Part shown: positions 48,720 to 52,069 of the stretch, piece after piece
Numbering within the stretch: the first letter of the stretch is position 1
Layout: every line of letters begins with the position of its first letter
Origin: Gammaproteobacteria bacterium
Lineage (GTDB): Bacteria > Pseudomonadota > Gammaproteobacteria > Steroidobacterales > SZUA-146
Assembly (NCBI GenBank): GCA_013002925.1
Contig: JABDLQ010000165.1
Span: forward strand, 1-52,069
Reading direction: 5' to 3'
DNA length: 52,069 nucleotides
Notes under the pieces: generated by a model
Database searches by the model: none
What the model saw: only the letters and a program-made list of their open reading frames with translations
What the model was told of the DNA's origin: nothing
Position numbers and translations under genes: made by a program

Positions 48720-50402
48720 CTAGCTATCCAGTTTGGCGAGTTCTTCATCACGTAATTCACGACGCAGGATTTTGCCGACATTGCTTTTTGGCAGTTCATC
48801 CCGCAATTCAACCTGGCGCGGCCGCTTGTATCCCGTCAGGTGTTCCTTACAATGCGCCTTGATATCATCCGCCGTCAGATCCGGGTCGGTCGCCACGACG
48901 AACACTTTAACCATCTCGCCGGATTTTTCGTCCGGTATGCCAATCGCGGCTGCCTCGGAAATTCCGGGGTGAGACACCAGGACTTCTTCGATCTCATTCG
49001 GAAACACGTTGAACCCGGAAACCAGGATCATGTCTTTTTTGCGATCGGTTATGTAAACAAAGCCATCCTCGTCCATCCGGCCCAAATCGCCAGTACGCAA
49101 TGCACCATCTGACGTCATCACTTCCCGGGTCTCGGCTTCGCGCTGCCAGTAGCCCTGCATTACCTGCGGTCCGCTGATACAGATTTCGCCAATTTCTCCG
49201 AGCGGCAACACGTTGCCGTCATCATCCCTGATCGTCACTTTCGTCGAAGGGATCGGCAGCCCGATGGCACCGTTGAACTCTGTCAGTCGCAGTGGGTTGA
49301 TGCAGGCAGCTGGTGATGTTTCCGTCAGCCCGTAGGCTTCAATCAGCGGTACGCCCGTGACCTCTTTCCATTTATTCGCGACAGCCCGCTGTACTGCTGC
49401 ACCGCCACCCAATGTAAAGCGCAGCGTCGAAAAATCGAGGTCCGCAAAACCGGGGGTCTGCAGCAAGGCGTTAAACAAGGTGTTGACCCCGGTGATCGAC
49501 GTGAACTTGTGCTTGCCAAGTTCCTTTACAAAACCCTCGAAATCCTTGGGGTTCGTAATCAGAATGTTCTCACCACCAAATTTCATAAACGTCAGGCAAT
49601 TCGCCGTGAGCGAAAAGATATGATACAGCGGCAACGCCGTGATGATCTTTTCCTGGGCGTCGACTGTCTTGCTGCTCAGCCACGCGTGCGATTGCAGCAA
49701 ATTGGCAACCATGTTGCCATGGCTCAGCTGCGCACCCTTCGCAACACCGGTAGTCCCCCCGGTATATTGCAAAAAGGCCAGATCACCATGTTCAAGCGGG
49801 ACTTCGTGCATCTTCTTGCGTGCCCCCCGGGCAAGCGCTTCGCGAAACGTGATGGCACCATCAAGCTCCCAGGGGGGTACCATTTTACGAATATATTTAA
49901 CCGCCAGATTGACCAGTGGTCTTTTTGGAAATGGCAGCATGTCACCTATCTGGGTGGTGATAACCTGCTTTAACGCGGTTTCGTCGACGACCGCCTGAAG
50001 GGTCTCTGCAAAGTTTTCCAGAATCACAATGGCTTTGGCACCCGAATCACTTAACTGGTGTTGCAGTTCCCGCGGTGTGTACATCGGATTGACATTTACA
50101 ACCACCATGCCGGCACGAAGAATGCCGAATATGGCCACCGGGTATTGCAGTAAATTGGGTAGCATCACGGCGACGCGGTCGCCTTTTTCCAGCGCCAGAT
50201 CGTTTTGCAGGTATGAAGCAAATTGCGCGCTGAGACCCTTGAGCTCGGCATAGGACAGCCGTGCACCCATGTTGTAGTAGGCCGGCGCAGCGCTGTAGGT
50301 GTCACAACTCTTTTCAATAATGTCTTTTAATGAGCTGAACTCATCAAGGTCAACATCCGCCGGTACCCCCGGGTCGTAGTTCCTGAGCCAGATTTTTTCC
50401 AC
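48720..50402 (-). CDS. fadD: Long-chain fatty acid--CoA ligase FadD
   Basis: 560-aa ORF with a GTG start preceded by GGGGGAG. The N-terminus MEKIWLRNYDPGVP is like E. coli FadD. The AMP-binding motif YTGGTTGVAKGA and GYGLTE, TGD and KILRREL are present. Confidence 0.9.
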   Translation of the reverse strand: MEKIWLRNYDPGVPADVDLDEFSSLKDIIEKSCDTYSAAPAYYNMGARLSYAELKGLSAQFASYLQNDLALEKGDRVAVMLPNLLQYPVAIFGILRAGMVVVNVNPMYTPRELQHQLSDSGAKAIVILENFAETLQAVVDETALKQVITTQIGDMLPFPKRPLVNLAVKYIRKMVPPWELDGAITFREALARGARKKMHEVPLEHGDLAFLQYTGGTTGVAKGAQLSHGNMVANLLQSHAWLSSKTVDAQEKIITALPLYHIFSLTANCLTFMKFGGENILITNPKDFEGFVKELGKHKFTSITGVNTLFNALLQTPGFADLDFSTLRFTLGGGAAVQRAVANKWKEVTGVPLIEAYGLTETSPAACINPLRLTEFNGAIGLPIPSTKVTIRDDDGNVLPLGEIGEICISGPQVMQGYWQREAETREVMTSDGALRTGDLGRMDEDGFVYITDRKKDMILVSGFNVFPNEIEEVLVSHPGISEAAAIGIPDEKSGEMVKVFVVATDPDLTADDIKAHCKEHLTGYKRPRQVELRDELPKSNVGKILRRELRDEELAKLDS

Positions 50403-50458
50403 TCTATCTCCCCCGGGCTATACCCGAATTAACACCGACGTCTAGTCTATCGGTGACT

Positions 50459-50482
50459 GTTATACCATTGCGGTTATACCAT
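50459..50482 (-). promoter_or_regulatory. Tandem duplicated extended -10-like element upstream of fadD
   Basis: The direct repeat GTTATACCAT occurs at 50459-50468 and 50473-50482. On the fadD strand each copy reads ATGGTATAAC, that is TGgTATAAc against the extended -10 consensus TGnTATAAT. The copies lie about 55-80 nt upstream of the start codon. Confidence 0.4.
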
Positions 50483-50666
50483 CGCGAAGCACGGTGGCAA
50501 TCCGTATCGACCGCACAGACATCAGCGTGCGGTCGGGCCGCCTGTTTGGCGCACCTCTGTCCGGCAGACAAAACCTGTTGCCAATCGACCTGCGAAGTTC
50601 GGCAGAATGAGATTTCTGTCAAACCGTCCGCGGCCCACAATTCTCTGCCACACTGCCTGAGTTGCT

Positions 50667-51629
50667 TCACACGACCCGGTTAAGGCTTTCACCGCGTGCA
50701 AATGCGCAAATGTTTTCAGCGACTTTATTCAACGCATTCTGCCGTGCCTGCAATGACGCCCACGCAATGTGTGGGGTGACGATCAGCCGTGGCACGGAAT
50801 GATCGAGCAAGGGTTCATAATCACGCGGCGGCTCCTGGCTCAACACGTCAATGCCGGCACCACCGATGGTGTGATTGTTCAGCGCGTTGATCAGCGCCTT
50901 GCTGTCGATCAAACCACCCCGTGCGGTGTTGATCAGCAGTGCATCGGGCTTCATCGTAGCCAGAGTATCGGCATTGATCATGCATCGGGTGTCTTCGGTT
51001 AACGGGCAGTGCAGACTGACCACATCTGCCGTCGCCAGCAGTTCCGGCAGTGACAGCACAAACAAATGTTCGTCATCAGGCTGACGGCCATCGCGGGTGG
51101 TAGCCACAATTTGCATACCAAAAGCACGCCCGACCCGTGCCACTGCACGACCAAGGACACCGTAACCGACGATGCCCAGCACTTTGCCGTCGAGCTCATC
51201 GATGCGATAGTCCAGCATGCAAAACTGCGGACTTTGCATCCACGCACCCGAGCGCAGCAGCGCTCCATAGGCCTTGAGATGCCGATTCAGTGACAGAATC
51301 ATTGCAAACACGTGCTGTGCCACCGAATTACTGCAGTAGTCGCGGATATTGCACACCGCCACATCGTGCGCCCGCGCAGCTTCGGTGTCCACATTGTCTG
51401 TGCCAGTGGCAATCAGGCAAATTAACTTCAAATTCGGGGCTGCAGCCAGCGTTGTCGCATCCATCGGTACCTTGTTGGTGATGACAATGTCAGCATCAGC
51501 AAGCCGCCCGGCCGCCTCATCGGGCCCGCAGGTGTCAAAATAATCGATCTGCCGGACCGCTGCTTCAAGCGCGCCAAAATCCAGGTCGTTGGCATCAACT
51601 GTCGCGCGGTCGAGAAAAACAGCTCGCAT
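50667..51629 (-). CDS. D-isomer-specific 2-hydroxyacid dehydrogenase (glycerate dehydrogenase-like)
   Basis: 320-aa ORF with NAD motif GIVGYGVLGRAV and catalytic-region motifs (NTARGGLID, TPHIAW). Confidence 0.88.
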   Translation of the reverse strand: MRAVFLDRATVDANDLDFGALEAAVRQIDYFDTCGPDEAAGRLADADIVITNKVPMDATTLAAAPNLKLICLIATGTDNVDTEAARAHDVAVCNIRDYCSNSVAQHVFAMILSLNRHLKAYGALLRSGAWMQSPQFCMLDYRIDELDGKVLGIVGYGVLGRAVARVGRAFGMQIVATTRDGRQPDDEHLFVLSLPELLATADVVSLHCPLTEDTRCMINADTLATMKPDALLINTARGGLIDSKALINALNNHTIGGAGIDVLSQEPPRDYEPLLDHSVPRLIVTPHIAWASLQARQNALNKVAENICAFARGESLNRVV

Positions 51630-51651
51630 GGTCAGTCCATTCGGGGATAAT

Positions 51652-51665
51652 TTACACTAGTGTAA
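51652..51665. promoter_or_regulatory. Perfect 14-bp palindrome TTACACTAGTGTAA in divergent intergenic region (candidate operator)
   Basis: Read directly from the sequence and identical to its reverse complement. It lies 23 nt from the dehydrogenase start and about 95 nt from the ycgN start. Confidence 0.4.
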
Positions 51666-51760
51666 CGCCGCAGCCCCGGCTCAACCAGAGTTCGTTTTCG
51701 CGCATAACGACGCTCGCCGGGCCGTGCCGCCCAAACGCTTTATATAAAGAGTCCGATCAG

Positions 51761-52069
51761 ATGCCAAAAAACAGCAATTTCTGGGAACACAAGACACTCG
51801 GCGAAATGAGCCATGCCGAATGGGAATCACTATGTGACAACTGCGCACGCTGCTGTCTGCATAAATTTGCCGACGAGGAGACCGGGCAAGTGCATTACAC
51901 CGATGTGGCGTGCGTGTTGCTGAACCGTGACAGCTGCCGCTGCACGGACTACTCAAGGCGTCACGAGCGGGTGCCTGCCTGTCTGAAACTGTCTGCGGAC
52001 ACACCCGATTCCTTTCGCTGGCTGCCAGACACCTGCGCCTACCGCCTGATTGCCGAGGACAAACCATTG
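51761..52069 (+). CDS. ycgN: YcgN-family cysteine-cluster protein (UPF0260), 3'-truncated by window end
   Basis: Not in the ORF track because no stop lies in the window. My hand translation from the ATG at 51761 gives [36 protein letters not shown]...[16 protein letters not shown]...[17 protein letters not shown]. It is collinear with E. coli YcgN ([29 protein letters not shown]...WLPMTCAYRLLAEG). Confidence 0.88.
   Translation, partial: [103 protein letters not shown]

Noticed and set aside
51681-52067. 128-aa minus-strand ORF at the window end.
   Set aside because: The opposite strand encodes a protein collinear with E. coli YcgN, open to the window edge. The minus-strand ORF is Arg/Cys/Ser-rich shadow.
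1-52069. Search for CRISPR arrays, insertion sequences, integrases, toxin-antitoxin pairs or defence-island signatures.
   Set aside because: I saw no spaced direct-repeat arrays, no transposase-, integrase- or phage-like ORFs, no tRNA-flanked junctions and no obvious compositional island. Every long ORF is accounted for by housekeeping or conserved-hypothetical genes.

Overview
This is a 52 kb chromosomal window of about 55% G+C from a gammaproteobacterium. Gene order resembles Pseudomonas and Cellvibrionales: gmk-rpoZ-spoT-ridA-recG, yicC/rph, ponA/pilMNOPQ, and an aa3 cox cluster with cox11, DUF2909 and SURF1. I call about 50 tightly packed CDSs, almost all housekeeping. They cover a TRAP transporter membrane pair, a LOG-family protein, trkA and trkH, uvrD, the aa3-type cytochrome c oxidase cluster, comF, kbp, ubiA and recG. 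They also cover the stringent-response block, rph, rdgB, hemW, rpmE, ponA, the type IV pilus pilMNOPQ genes, aroK, aroB, a dGTPase-like protein, pyrF, hemE and fadD. A 2-hydroxyacid dehydrogenase and a partial ycgN at the 3' edge (not in the ORF track) complete the set. I found no rRNA, tRNA, CRISPR array, transposase, integrase or phage gene, and no obvious defence island. The window looks like core genome, not an accessory region.

Five things deserve a second look:
1. A 643-aa lipoprotein with tandem Ig-like repeats sits between pilQ and aroK. It has its own strong terminator and appears to be part of the pilus operon.
2. A compact DnaA-box cluster (two direct boxes plus one inverted, two of them perfect consensus) lies next to an AT-rich tract in the 509-bp hemW-rpmE gap. 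The layout resembles DARS or datA.
3. A 630-bp ORF-poor gap follows the cox accessory genes, where haem A synthesis genes usually sit.
4. An orphan PP2C phosphatase is inserted between yicC and rph.
5. Several small regulatory-looking repeats and palindromes occur in intergenic regions.

All functional calls come from my recognition of motifs and families in the translated ORFs. No database search was run.
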